Origin: Gnetum montanum
Lineage: Eukaryota > Plantae > Gnetophyta
Assembly: GCA_015680685.1 (NCBI GenBank)
Contig: MNCI01000807.1
Location: 175,996 to 239,995, forward strand
Reading direction: 5' to 3'
Length of the DNA stretch: 64,000 nt
In this document: piece after piece, positions 51,548-64,000 of the stretch
Position numbering within the stretch: position 1 is the first letter of the stretch
Layout: each line of letters opens with the position of its first letter
Notes under the pieces: generated by a model
Told to the model about the DNA's origin: nothing
What the model saw: the letters and a program-made list of their open reading frames with translations, nothing else
Databases searched by the model: none
Program-made: the position numbers and the translations under genes

Positions 51548-54065
51548 TGTCGTAAGCACATACTTAATGCATAACTATAAATGGTCTTTGAATAAATGTA
51601 ATGCTCAATATATTAATGATAATGAAACAAAGCAGCACAAAACCTCCAATAAAATACAAACTTAGCTTATCACACATAAACTAGGAACAATATGGAAATA
51701 GTGAAAAAGTAAAACTTTAATACTAAAAATAGCAAATGTAAATCATTAAAAATAACTAAGTCTAAATTGCTAAAAATTTAACCATGGAATAGACTATGAG
51801 TAATAGAATAACTAAACATAAAGTCTTACTAAAAGAGCATAAAATACTAAAATATTAAGACTATGATATGGGGGGAAGGGTTTCAAATCCGTTCCCAAAT
51901 AGTAAAATTCTTTATTTATGAGTAATAAAATGTTTGTCTTCTATGGAGGGACAAAACTACAAGTGATAGATGAAAAATTCAAGTGAATTAAAAATTATAA
52001 TAATAGCTTAAATCTTAAGCAAAATATGAATCTGAAAAGTGGAATTAAACCTCTAGAGAGGATTAGAATATGGATGAGGAATCTTTAAGCATGATCCAAA
52101 TTTAATTCTAGGTCAAAACGAGGTTGTTTTGGCTAAGGGCCTTGTTATTAATATTGGAGTTAAGAAAATTCCAACTCTAGAATGTGTTGTAGAAGCCTAA
52201 AAATTCTATTTTTGGAAGTAATGCTAAAGATGTAGAAGGTAAACATGGAGCACACAAGTGATGCAATGTTGTCAAGTGCATGTGCTTAAATCTCCTAAAA
52301 TATAATAAGTGCTCTCAAATCTCAGGAAATAAACCTTGAAATTTAATTTTAAGCTCATATTTATAGGTTCAAAGTTGTCGATTTCAACCTAGGGTCACTA
52401 AAATCAAACTTGAAGTTAAGTATAGTTCATCAAAAGTTGATCTTAAGTTTGAAAATAGTAAGTTTAATCTTTTGATGTTGCAAGCTAAACCACATGAATA
52501 GGTAATGCTGATGTCAGTGTTAGCATCATCGACTCTTGGAAAAAATTTTGAAATTTTACCTAGGTGCCAATTCTAAGCATCCAAAACCCCATTCGATGCT
52601 CAAATTAATGCTAAATCACATTGAAATGATGCTACGAAGTTTGCAAAACTAAGAGACACTACCAAATGTTAAGCTTGATGGTTGATGATGTCATGATGCA
52701 TGTGCCAAAAGTGCCAACATTGACATTAATGTTAATGTTAATGTCAATGTTAGCCATGAAACTTAGAAAAATTTTAAAATTTTCCAAGTCAGAATCTCAA
52801 ATCTCCAAGATGCTTGAATTAACACCAAAATGAGCTAAAATGATGTCAAGATGATGTTAAGGAACATGAGAGGATTGGAGATAAGTTGAAATGCTAATTG
52901 TAAAGGTCAATATTGACATGTTGCAAGTTCTGAGAATGATGATGCTGACATCAATGTTAATGTCACCCAATAAAATTCTTGGCTAGTTTTCCTAACTTGA
53001 AATTTTAAGTTTCCAAGGATGCATTTAATTTCCAAACTAATGTCAAAGGTTGCCAAGATAAAGTTAAGAATCCTAATAGGCTTGTGGACCTTATGGAATG
53101 CTAAATTAGAAGCTGACTCCAAGTTCAACAGTGCTGACGCTGGTGTCAATATCAACATCAACTAGAGAGTTAGATAAATTTTTAGTGATTATTCAGGTTG
53201 AAAATTCTAACTTTTGAGATGTTAAAACTAACCATAGAATGAGTTGAAATGATGCTTTTTTAGTGTTGAAAGGTTTGTAAATCAATGAAATATTACGAAC
53301 TAGATGTATAAAGTTAAGTCATTAACTTGTTGATGCTTGAAACTTAGAAAAAATATTGATTTTTCAAGTCCTAAAACAACCTATCAAAAGTGCCAATTTT
53401 TGAAGTTTGAAGTATTGAAACTATTTTCAATTAGTCATTCAAGCACTGGAAACCCATAGCCCATGTCAAAACACATGGAACGATTGTCAAGACCATAGTT
53501 AGTCTCAATCTTTAATGAACCAAAAAAGTAGGTACAACTGTAACAACGTTGCCCCGACGTTGCCCGGCACCCCAAGGAATTCACAAAGATCCAGCGGATC
53601 TAGGGCAGAAGACCTGGGGAATACGCCTCAAACAAACAAGCATCTCATGAGTGCAAGCAGAAGAGAACCAAGCAAACAAGTACACACACAACCTTGTAGA
53701 CCCCATCGATGAAAGAGGAGACGATGCACCTACAAGGGAAGGTACCTCACCCCCAGATCCCTCACGATCTGGTACAAGGTGTGGCATGGCACCGCACCAA
53801 AACTATCCAGTCTTGGTTGCCTACATATCTACGACCACCGTAGAATCAGGGCCATGTAGTTCTCCAAGGAGAAGAGGGAAAGAAGAGGACTTAGAGAAGA
53901 GAGTAGCAACAGGAGTGTGTCCTATTGCTAGCTTGGTACCACCAAGCCGAGGTGGGTTTTATAACACTTGAGAGCCACCCGAGGGCGCCTCAGAGTGTTC
54001 CATGGCCCCCGAACCATGGGGAGAGCCCAAGAGAACCACCACTTGGGACATCTCTCACAACAACA
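51548..54065 (-). mobile_element. Long LTR of another family with decayed ~200-bp U3 repeats; hosts a solo LTR
   Basis: Ends tgtcgta...tacaaca after removing the nested LTR; minus-strand TATAAATA near 52360; repeated gctga(t/c)gtca...aaatttt units at 52500-53290. No TSD. Confidence 0.55.
53539..54059 (-). mobile_element. Young solo LTR (521 bp)
   Basis: TGTAAC...CTCACA ends with perfect TSD ACAAC (53534-53538, 54060-54064); GC/CpG-rich; minus-strand TATAAAA near 53960. Confidence 0.9.
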
Positions 54066-54999
54066 CTAAGTATAATACTTTTCATTTGAATGATGTGAGA
54101 ATACAGAGGTAATGTTGAAAATAAAATATTTTTCTCTAAAATTACACCAATCTTCCTTGTCTTGAGAAAACGTATTAGGAGAAATATTATCAAGTTTATC
54201 TAAATGACTTTCAACCATTTTGAAATAACCTCCAAAAATCCAAGGAACTTTAGGCAAAGATAGTAGATATTTCGAAACCTCTAAATAATCTTTTAAATTA
54301 TTATGAGCATAAATACTACAAAGTTCAAGTCTTATTTTTCATTTTAATAAGTAATAAAATTTTTATTAACTAGAATACTAACAACTTCTTTGCTAACTTT
54401 ACAAGTAGAAGAAAAAACAATACATTTTTTTAAAATGCATTTACTAACAAAACTAATACCATGCACTAGAATCTTAATTTCTTGTAAGAAATGAAAATTT
54501 GGGGATAAATGTTGGTTTGAAAGATATTCCTTGATAATCTTTGTTCAAGACCATAAAACTAACATTTAGACATGGGGGAGGAGGCCCCCATCCTTAATTT
54601 TTCAAGCTCTACATTTGTATTGTAATCCTTGTTACTAATAGATGAAAAAGCATTATTTGATGAAAAAAACATTTGAAATAGCAATAAAAGTAGATAGAGA
54701 AGAAGATACCTTTGGAATTATTAAACTAAAATCAGTATTTGTAGGTCTCTTCTTTCTATGATGTACTAAGTGAAATCTATCTACAACATTATTAAATTGA
54801 AATCAATATTTATAGTCTCTATTGAAAATTTCTTTTTTTCTAAAGAGTAATTCTTTTTGGATATTGAGAGTTTACTGATACCTTAGGTTTTAAAGGATTA
54901 GTAAAATGTTGAGAACTTGTTAACGAAGATTTTATTTATGCATGCTAAAAACTAACATTATTTATCTTTTCTAAAAATTATTATTTCTTTCCGTCATGA

Positions 55000-55700
55000 A
55001 TAATTTTTTAAATTAAGAATAGGATAGATTCCAATAACATGGCTTTCATGATGAAAATAGCTACAACATCCTTGCAAATTATAGTATGTAATTTTCTAAG
55101 AAAAATATAGATTGCTAGACTTGAGTTTTAATTATATCATTCCCTACCATAAATCAATCTCTACAGAATAATATGTGCATCGTACACTATCTAGTAATGT
55201 TTTAAACTGTGTCTTCAAGATTGTGTCAATGCTACTAACAATTTTGCTTTCAGCACCTTCAAAAATATGATGAAGATTTTCTAATTCAATCTAATAAGAA
55301 ATTTTATATTAATCAAAAGAATAAACATCAAATCCACTCTCCATTCCCAAGTAATAAAAGTACTATCCTAATCCATAAAAATTTTAAAATCCAATGATTT
55401 CTCAACCATTTCAGAATTGGCAAATTCAACAAGCAAAAAAATTTTAGAAATTAGCAAGCATGCAAAACATTAATTCTTTTTTCTTTAAGGATAGCTTAAA
55501 TTACTAGTGTAAAATACTTATTCAAGTGAATAAATCCAATAATTTGCATAAATATATCTTTTGACCAAGATTCATATAAATCATTAGGTAAAATAAAATT
55601 AAAAATTTCAAAATTCTTTATAGTCTGTACAGTGTGAGAGACATTAGTAATTTTCATCTTCAAATTATTCCTTGCCAGAAAAATTTTGCTATAATAGCTC
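55000..55700 (-). pseudogene. Very decayed LINE ORF1 remnant
   Basis: FLLVEFANSEMVEKSL... and KITYYNLQGCCSYFHHESHVIGIYP resemble DUF4283 and a decayed CX2CX4HX4C knuckle. Confidence 0.5.
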
Positions 55701-55905
55701 TACAAGAAACCCTTGAGATAGACAAACTTTTCTCTTCCTAGTAAGAACAAATTCATATTAAGAAATCAAGTATTATTAAATTAGAGAACTATTTTTATCT
55801 CTAACGAAACAAACATGTGATGGAAAAGGTGTCTCATCACTAATATTTTCTTATGTTTAAAAGGAAATCTTGTTTTTATGCAAAACCATTCACTTGAATG
55901 AAAAA

Positions 55906-55951
55906 NNNNNNNNNNNNNNNNNNNNNNNNNNNNNNNNNNNNNNNNNNNNNN
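55906..55951. other. Assembly gap (46 N)
   Basis: Run of n. Confidence 1.
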
Positions 55952-56279
55952 GAAAAATGTTATTTTTCCATTTATGTGCAAAATTGTTTTCTCATCTTTG
56001 TTGAGTTCTTCCATTTATGTGAAATCTAAATACTATGCAAAATACTTATTTCTTGATAAATGAGAAATTTCATTGTTTGGAAGATCTTTCAAAGGACTTA
56101 TTCTTGAGCATGGATTATTGGCTAGTTTACATTGCTTGAAACTTAAAGGTACTATGTTCAAAACATAGTACTTGCATCCTTAGTAAGCTAGCTTGGAATT
56201 GTCTTATCTAAAAACAAAACAAAACAAAAAAGCTTGCTTATTCTTGAATTGAAAGTATTTTTTAATTACATGTTACATC

Positions 56280-57880
56280 TTATTTTTGTCAATAGGCCAA
56301 CTACCAATTATAGATCAGTAACTCTAAATAATATTCTATCTATAACCCTATAGGGGAGTACATTTAGTAATGCTAAATAATATTTCATCCATAATACTCT
56401 AGGAGACCCTATCATGTAATGCTAAATAACATTTCATGCATCATACTTAATGGAAGCTTATCTAGTAATGGTAAATAAGATTTCATCCATAACACTAAGG
56501 AAGCCCACTGGTAATGCTAAGTAATATTTCATCTATCATGCAACCAAATTTACCACTATTTTACATTTCTTTAAATCTCAATTTAATTTGGTTTGATTTT
56601 GCATTATACATATGTGTTTAAGATTTATATATCACCATTCTTATCAATTTTACTATGTCTATCCTTTTACCAAGGCATTAATAAAACAGACTATGCATCT
56701 TGATAAATAGTTTTAAATATGTGCATGCATAGGATTTGGTAAGAGCATACATCTTTCTTTATGATAATAAAGAAGATTTTGTCATCCAAATTATAAATAT
56801 ATATTATGAATATATAAATAAGCTAGTGTGTTTATAATTTTAGCTAAGAGGCCAACTCCCAATAGTACGCTAAATAATATTTCATGGATAATGCTTCAAG
56901 GAAGTTTATCTACTAATGGCAAATAATATTTTGTCCATAACGCTAAGAATTTGAATTAGTAATGCTAAATAATATTTCATCTATAATGCAATCAAATAGA
57001 CCATCCTTTTACACCACTTAAAATCTCAATTTTAATTTTATTTAGTTTTACATTGTATGTGTGCGGTGCTTAAGCTTTACATAGGAGTAAATAATTTTTT
57101 ATACATGCATGTAGAGGATTTGGTAGGAACATACATCTTTATTTATGAAAACAAAGAAGATTTTGTTGGTCAAAATATATATTATAAATACATAACTAAG
57201 CTAGTAGGTTTATAAAACCATTTTATTTTTAAAAATGTTACTATAAATGTCAATTTGAATGATGCAAGCTACATGCCTTAACCTCAAGTGCTTATTCAAA
57301 AAGTTATAAGGCATAAACACTAACTTAGTTATCTATTTATAATATTATATATATATATATAATTTAGCTGAGATAATCTTTTTTATTCTTATAAGAAACA
57401 ATTCACACCATTACCAAATCCTCTACATGCATGTATACAAAATTATTTAGTAGAAAAATTAGAAACGTGGCAAAAACCATAAACATGACATATATACACA
57501 GTTGTATAGTTTGTTTTTTGCTAGATATGGATACACATTGTAAAATTGGCAAGAATGGTGGTATATAAAGATATTATTGAAAGCTTTGATTATGTTGTAG
57601 ATTTTGGGAAAAAAATGGATTTCACTTGGTTAGAATGTTATCTACCTTTGTTTCTAACTTCTAATTTAAATGAAAATATTAACTACCATTACTAATAGAC
57701 TTCCCAGAGCATTATGGATGAATATATTATTTAGTATTATCAATAGGCTCTTCTAGAGTATTATGGATGGAAAATTATTCAATGGTATTGATAGGTTTCC
57801 CTAGAGCATTATGGATAAAATATTATTTAGCATTATATATTTACACTTGGTAGTTGTGCTCTCAGCCAAAAAAAAAATAA
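56280..57880. mobile_element. Foldback-like non-autonomous element with long inverted arms containing ~49-bp tandem units
   Basis: Units gtaatgctaaataatatttcatccataat at 56317-56540 and 56860-56990, and inverted at 57690-57840. Other arm blocks are also inverted (56605-56665 vs 57525-57570; 57095-57165 vs 57375-57450). Confidence 0.65.
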
Positions 57881-58031
57881 AAATTGTATCTTACCATATG
57901 AAACCATAATAGACTTGCATGAATAGACATTATTTATGTGTATATATTTCTTAAAATCATAATGGATTTTATAACAATGACACATTTTTAAAGTGATTAG
58001 TTCATTGACTAATAAGGGCTTGTAACTAATT

Positions 58032-58819
58032 TGATGAGAGGAAAATACCCCCTACACTTGACCATACAAATCACTAAGCATTCACATGTGATTCGGTTGA
58101 ATTCTGTGGACCCGTTCTCTTTCAGTACATTAGCTTCTAGGAAGTGAACTTGCCCTAACAGTCATTCATTACCTTCCTAATTACACTTTTGATATGCAAA
58201 GGTATTGTTAAGTGTAATCGAGGAACATGATTTTTATTATTTTTATGTTTTATGTTTTGGGTGCTTAAAATAAAGGATGAAAGGAATGACGTAATCTAAT
58301 TGCTAATTTAATCTAACTATACCTAACTAATCCTAACATAAGCATCCATTCCCACTTGTTGTACACATCCTAAACATATTTAATGCTACTAGGTTACCAA
58401 ACGTAAAGTGTTATCATACTTATGTGCTTAATTAATCGCTACTTAATCTAGCTTAGTTTAGCCTAATTAAATTTTAATTACTTAAAGCATTAAAAGAAAT
58501 TTCATAAAACATTAAATGCATAAACAAATAATTAATCTATTTCAAAGTACTACAAGGTTTATCAAAAATCTCATCTTTATTGCCACACACACTACTGTGC
58601 ACAAGTACAACAATGCTTGAATAAAGATTCGTACACTCTTAACTCCTACTACAGGCACTTAGAAAAAATATTCTAACTTCCAAATGAGAAAACTACAAGA
58701 GCTCCACTATAGCTATGACAAGACATGTCATAAACATGATGGGTGAGCATGTATTTAGAGGCAAAAACAAACACTACGTTTATGGGGCCTATTCGATGCA
58801 ACCAATCTAAGATACATCA
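58032..58819 (-). repeat. Element D 3' LTR
   Basis: Minus strand tcgtgggggta|TGATGT...CTCATCA; similar to the element A LTRs. Confidence 0.88.
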
Positions 58820-58999
58820 TACCCCCACGACTGAATGAAAACTCATCCTTGAGCTCTTTTACAAATTTGGGAAGGTATGGAATTATTAACTAATGACAAA
58901 CATACAACAAACACAAAGAAACACTAAGTTCCTGAGTATATAGATATATAATCATTATAAAATTTTTTGGTGTTTAGGACTACAAAATTGAATGCCATG

Positions 59000-61973
59000 A
59001 CAAAATTTGATAAATACAATTCCTCTAATGATGTGAAGATGATGGGGAAGATTAAATGGTCCTAGGTGGTGAAGGCTCCTAAGGTTCTAAAGGACCTTCT
59101 CTTACTTTGGACACATGCAGTGGTTGAGGTTGTTGTCATTGTCCTACTACAGTTGCAACTTTTGGTGGAAGACAGAAAGCATCCAACAATGTTTTCATCT
59201 GCCCCTCCTTACTCTTGGAATTATGCATGGTCCATGCTACTTCACCAATGTGGGTTGGAATGGGTGCATCCCAAGGATAGGGCACTATTGGAAACAACTC
59301 CTTGACATTAACAAACTAGGTAGCAAATTATTTGCATTCAATGTTGAATGTCCTAATTGCATTATGTAACTTCTAATAATCGTTCATTCTTCTAGCCAAG
59401 TTCTTAGTAGTTGATCTTTGATTAGTGAATCTTACCCTAAGAAATTTGAGTTCAATGTTTGCAATCTTAAGCTTTTGCTTGGGTTCCTTATGGTGTTTAA
59501 AATCTACCCCATACAACAAGTACAAGTTGGCCACCTACTTTTCCAACTCTGAACGCAATCGTCTAATAATCAGCATTGTCAAGTTTGCATATCGGAGATT
59601 GGCAAGCTTCATATATTTGGTCATCTTTTCAATCTATAACTCCTTCATGTGGATCTCTACTTTGTTGTAGACATTTATCCCATCAATGATAAGTTTCCAT
59701 ACCTCTTTTCCTTACTAGAGTTAATGGAGGGTCTCATTAACTTTTGCCTTAGCCATCTAGATATGTTTGTCATTAACTTCCTTCTATAGGCCAACCTAAT
59801 CTCTATAGTGATTCTTGACTCTCTCAAATTTGAGAGCTTCATTCTTCTTGGTAATAATCTCAGTTGTATATTTTTTATGTAAGGCGCAAGCTTCCTCCAT
59901 AGAGAGATTTCTATTCTCCGCTGCCAATCTCCTAAGCTTAGTGTTTACCCTAGCTAGCTACTCTTACTATTAATAGATGAATTCTTGCATCTGCTATTTC
60001 TACACATCAACATTCCATAAGTGATGATTCTCTACAATCAACATCTCATTCTCTAGGCACATCTAGAACAAGCCCTTCTAAACTAAATATGTTTTGGCCT
60101 TGTGCACAGACTAGTCAAATATGGTCATCACCATCCCCACCTCAACCTATTTAAATTTGTCTTGAAGCTATTGAAAAGCTTCATATCTTATTAGTGTAGG
60201 GTTGAGGAGCACAAGATTAGCAAGACATGCTCTTAATTTAACAACCTCCACAACCAAGTGTTGGTTTTGTGCTTAAGTTATTTTAAGTTGCCCTTCTAGA
60301 ATGATGCATGTGTGCTTTGCTTCAAGCAACTCCAACTAGGTTGCTATGATGTTATCCAGAAAATCAAAGATATTTGGAATTAGTTGCCTGATTCCCACTA
60401 GTTGGTCTAGCAATTCCTTGTGTTGGGTTACATTCAGTTGACCACTAATAGTCCCTACAAACATCAACACATCTTTGAGTGTAGAAATGTCTAATATAGA
60501 TGTCATAGGTGCATTCAATACTTCGACAATCAAATCAACAACCACTTCCACTATGGTCTCTTACCCTTGGTGCTGCATCATGAAGACAGTTGCCCCCTCA
60601 CCCTCCTCTAAGTGCATCGAAAAGGTAGTAACATTCCTAAAGATTTCTAGGAATTGTTGTTGTTGTGAGACAAATACCGTTACCTCTCGAGCACTAAGAT
60701 TCGACCTCATAGGTAACTGCATTCTTTAGGCTGAGAATATTAGCCTACCTTCTTATATCTAACTAATTGTTTGAGCCACTTCATTAAGGTGACTCATTAC
60801 AGTATGGTACATAGATGAATCCCCACCACTTGTTTCTACTCACTACTCCCACTCACACAAGAGTTGCTCTCAAATTTTATGTAGTTGTTCAATGGCTATG
60901 CAGGCCTTTGACATTGTTTCTTAAATGGGTGGTGGAGGTGGTGGTTGCTGCTCCTCTTCTTTAGACATAGCAAGGGTCTTATCTTTTATCATCTTAGACT
61001 AGGAGGCAATAAGAGTATGTCTAATTGTGTTATTTTCACAGCAGACTATCCCTACCCTTTTACAAAGTTCTCTAATAAGGCATGGAAAGGATAGGGTTTT
61101 TCTTCAATGTTTATTTTCCTTAAAATGCTTTTCCATCTTCAAGTATATTAACTGTGGAAAGGTAACATGAAATTTTCTGCTTAAAGTGATACATGCTTGG
61201 GCAAAAAAAGTAATCACCTTGCTAAGCCTTACTATCGAATTGAGGTGATAAGTCGTTATCTTGAAGTATATGTGCTCCGTTGATGTGAGCGTGCCAAACT
61301 CCTCATATTCAACTCCATAACACCACTGGGTCCACTCCCTTTTTTCCTCTAGGTCTACATGCATGGAGATCTCTACCAGATGAGTGCTAGAATTAGGTAG
61401 ACAAGAGCCTACACAATAGCTTCTACTAAGCAGGACACCTGAATGTCCTTAATTCTCACAGTGGCTCCTACCTTCCTACTATTCCAAAAGAGATATGTCT
61501 CTTCCATGTACTAGTCTCCACTAGCAATGATGATTAGCCACATGAAAGAGTTTTGCAATTGCATTTTGACTTCCAATGGAGCATTTTCCAAGAATGGCCC
61601 AAAGTTTAGTTCTTAGAGAACTGAGCATTAGACATCACGAGGCCTGATCATGTCAAGATAGGCTTGTGTTAATGTGATGTCAATTCTTGGTATCCTCTTT
61701 AGGATTATTTAGTCATAGCCTCTTCTTCGGGAATCTATCGAACAGATTCCACTTCTAGCTCCTCTCAAAGAGGTCCTATTGCGTGCATTTGTACTACCTG
61801 CTCCTAGGCTTGTTTCTGTTGTTCCCTTCTAGCTCCTCTCAAAGAGGTCCTATCACGTGCATTTGTACTACCTGCTCCTAGGCTTGTTTCTGTTGTTCCC
61901 TTCTAGCTTTGGGCCATTTGTTCCTTGGTTGTGATGGTCCTCCTTCCTACCACCATTTTGGTCTTAGTGCCAT
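59000..61973 (-). pseudogene. Element D accessory ORF
   Basis: EWTQWCYGVEYEEFGTLT...YFKITTYHLNSIVR...FPQLIYLKMEKHFKENKH; TAG|ATG at 61973; donor AG|GTAAG at 62286; TATAAATA at 62442-62435. Confidence 0.8.
61752..61908. repeat. 74-bp tandem duplication
   Basis: Copies start at 61752 and 61826 with 2 mismatches; the 9-bp cttctagct occurs at 61752, 61826 and 61900. Confidence 0.95.
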
Positions 61974-64000
61974 CTATGATCACAACTTAACCAAGGATTA
62001 GCATTTAATGTGTAACTTGAAATAATTGGAATACCTTATTTCGTGGGGTAGTTACATTTGGCTAAGTTGTGATCATGGCCTAGTTGATTATTTTTTTTTA
62101 TTTTATTCTTATTTCAATATTAATAAATAATTTTAGGTTTATTAGAGTTTGTTAGAAAGGTTAAATTCTCAGAAATTGATGGTTTAATGTTATTCTATTT
62201 ATTAACCCTTTAGGGGATTTAGAAAAATTTAGAAAAATTTTCATCAAAAACCTTAAATTTTGTGGTCCCCACAACTAAGAGCTTACCTCTGATAGCTACA
62301 AGATTAAAGAATGGGGTGATTTGCACAAACAGTGTAAAAGTTATGAGCTCTAGAAGGTTTTGGGCTCTAAAAAATTGCAAAAACTCCCCTCTCGTTTTAA
62401 AGAAAATGACAAAAAACTTCAAAGTATTGGGTGGTATTTATAGGATTTTTGCACTACATCAACTGGACCTAGTCAACGAGGCTGAGTCAACACAGCTGAC
62501 CACGTTGACTAGTCCTAGTCAACGCAATTGTTGACTACCATTGACTTTGTGAAAAGTAATGAAAAACAAGGAACTTTTGGACAAAATTTAGGTCAAATGG
62601 AAGCTTGAAAAGCTAAGAACATGATGAAAATATTGAAAGAGGGTGTTGAAGTTTAGAAAATGGAGAAATGATTTGAGAATGAGATTTGATGAAGAAGAAT
62701 GCCTTAAGAAGCACACGGTTGGATGCACGATGTAGCGCATGAAAGATTTGATTGCGACAACATCTAAGAGTAGGTAGCTTAACTAATGAAACCACGAGAT
62801 ATGCAAGTGGATCCTCCCCATAGCAGCACATGCACTTTTTGCCCTTACATAACCTCAACTAAGGAGTCCATGGGTCCTATCGTTGATTGATGATTACAAA
62901 AAGTTAAGGATCAAACCCAAAGAATCTATTTAGGAACTTCAATACATCAAACTAAAACATTGGGCAAAAACATGGACAACCAGCAATGAGGTGACTTATG
63001 GAAGCATTAATGGATGATGAAGAGAGTGGAATGGAGTTCCCAGTCCTGGTCACATGAAGTCCCTTGTTAAATTCATTGTTAAATGACCCGATAGAGTCCA
63101 ACCTTAGTCCAAACCAAAACCAGCCACTTTCAATAACTTTACATCACCACTCTAGTACCGGTCCATCCCCTTGAGATACAAGAGAGCTTCCATAGACACC
63201 ACCATTCCTTATTTGAGAAGAAAAAAGAAGTAAGAAGTGAGAAATGACCTTAGTTAGAGGGGACCTTCAGGCATGGGTAACATGTCTTTCTAGTCTCATA
63301 ACTAGTGCTTGTAGCCTATTTATTTTGTCTAAGGGGTGTGCTTTGAATTTCCATTGTTGTTTCTTTTTTTAAAAAAAAATTGGATGGGAACTACACCATG
63401 CAAAGACTTATTCAACTTCTTGTTATTGGTCAACACAAAATAGTAAGAAATCCACAAAAAACACACTTGCACTCAAGATGGAAAAAGGTACAAAGAGCAT
63501 TGAATCCCTTTAAAGTCACACCCTTTTGAAACCCTTAAATCTTTTTCAAGCTTGGAAACTACCAAGGTCACAATTTTGTTAAGGTTTTATTAATGAAAAA
63601 GGGATCCCATATTTCCAAAACAAGGAAAACCATAGAGGTTGAGGATGGGTGGATGACATGGACTCACTACCTGTTCCATGAGAAAGAAACTAGTCTTAGT
63701 TATCAGTCATCAAAATTCAAAAATAAAAACTAGACACTGGAAATCAAAAACATTAAGTACAAACCATCATTAGCAATAGCTACAACACCACTATGTCCTG
63801 TTGGCAATAAAGCAATTTTATTAGAAAACAAGGAAAATTCATACCAAAATAAGGAAAAATATAAAAGAAATTGCAAAATATTCAAGAAAGATAAAACATA
63901 CTAACAATGTTGTAAAAAAAATTGGAAAAATTAATAAAGTAAAAACAAAAAGGTGTAAAATAAAGAAGGCATAAAACAAAAAGTTGTAAAAATAACAAAG

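Larger units (their letters stand above)
58032..64000 (-). mobile_element. Element D: 3' half of an Athila-lineage element (spacer, accessory ORF, PPT, 3' LTR); continues past the window
   Basis: Reverse complement is colinear with element A 7150-13426. Confidence 0.9.

Noticed and set aside
56317-56990. CRISPR-like array
   Set aside because: Units are degenerate along their whole length with no unique spacers, the context is eukaryotic, and there are no cas genes.

Overview
AT-rich plant heterochromatin-like DNA made almost entirely of nested, heavily decayed transposable elements, with no intact cellular gene. A non-flowering or gymnosperm-like host is suggested by protein motifs, but this is inference only. 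Four related Athila-lineage Ty3/gypsy elements are present. A is 640-13426 (+, complete, TSD ATTGG). B is 34719-48196 (+) and is nested in C. C is on the minus strand and split by B (about 51547 to 25700). D is 58032 to beyond the window end (-). Each carries a second 'env-like' accessory ORF with a Transposase_32/ATHILA-ORF-like domain; in A, B and D it is about 1000 codons long and ends in a long coiled coil. This ORF appears to have its own internal promoter and a ~300-bp leader intron ending exactly at the ATG. Also present are an L1-type LINE (19741-25680), two intronless host-gene retrocopies (peroxisomal-type citrate synthase at 16.5-17.0 kb and a dynein light chain inside element B), four tRNA-derived SINEs in 1 kb, several solo/partial LTRs, a foldback-like element and a 46-N gap. 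The most unusual observation is a third ORF in the LINE after ORF2, with the same domain-plus-coiled-coil architecture as the LTR accessory ORF. A six-cysteine motif between protease and RT, conserved in three diverged elements, is also notable. All translations and alignments were made by eye; no database searches were run.
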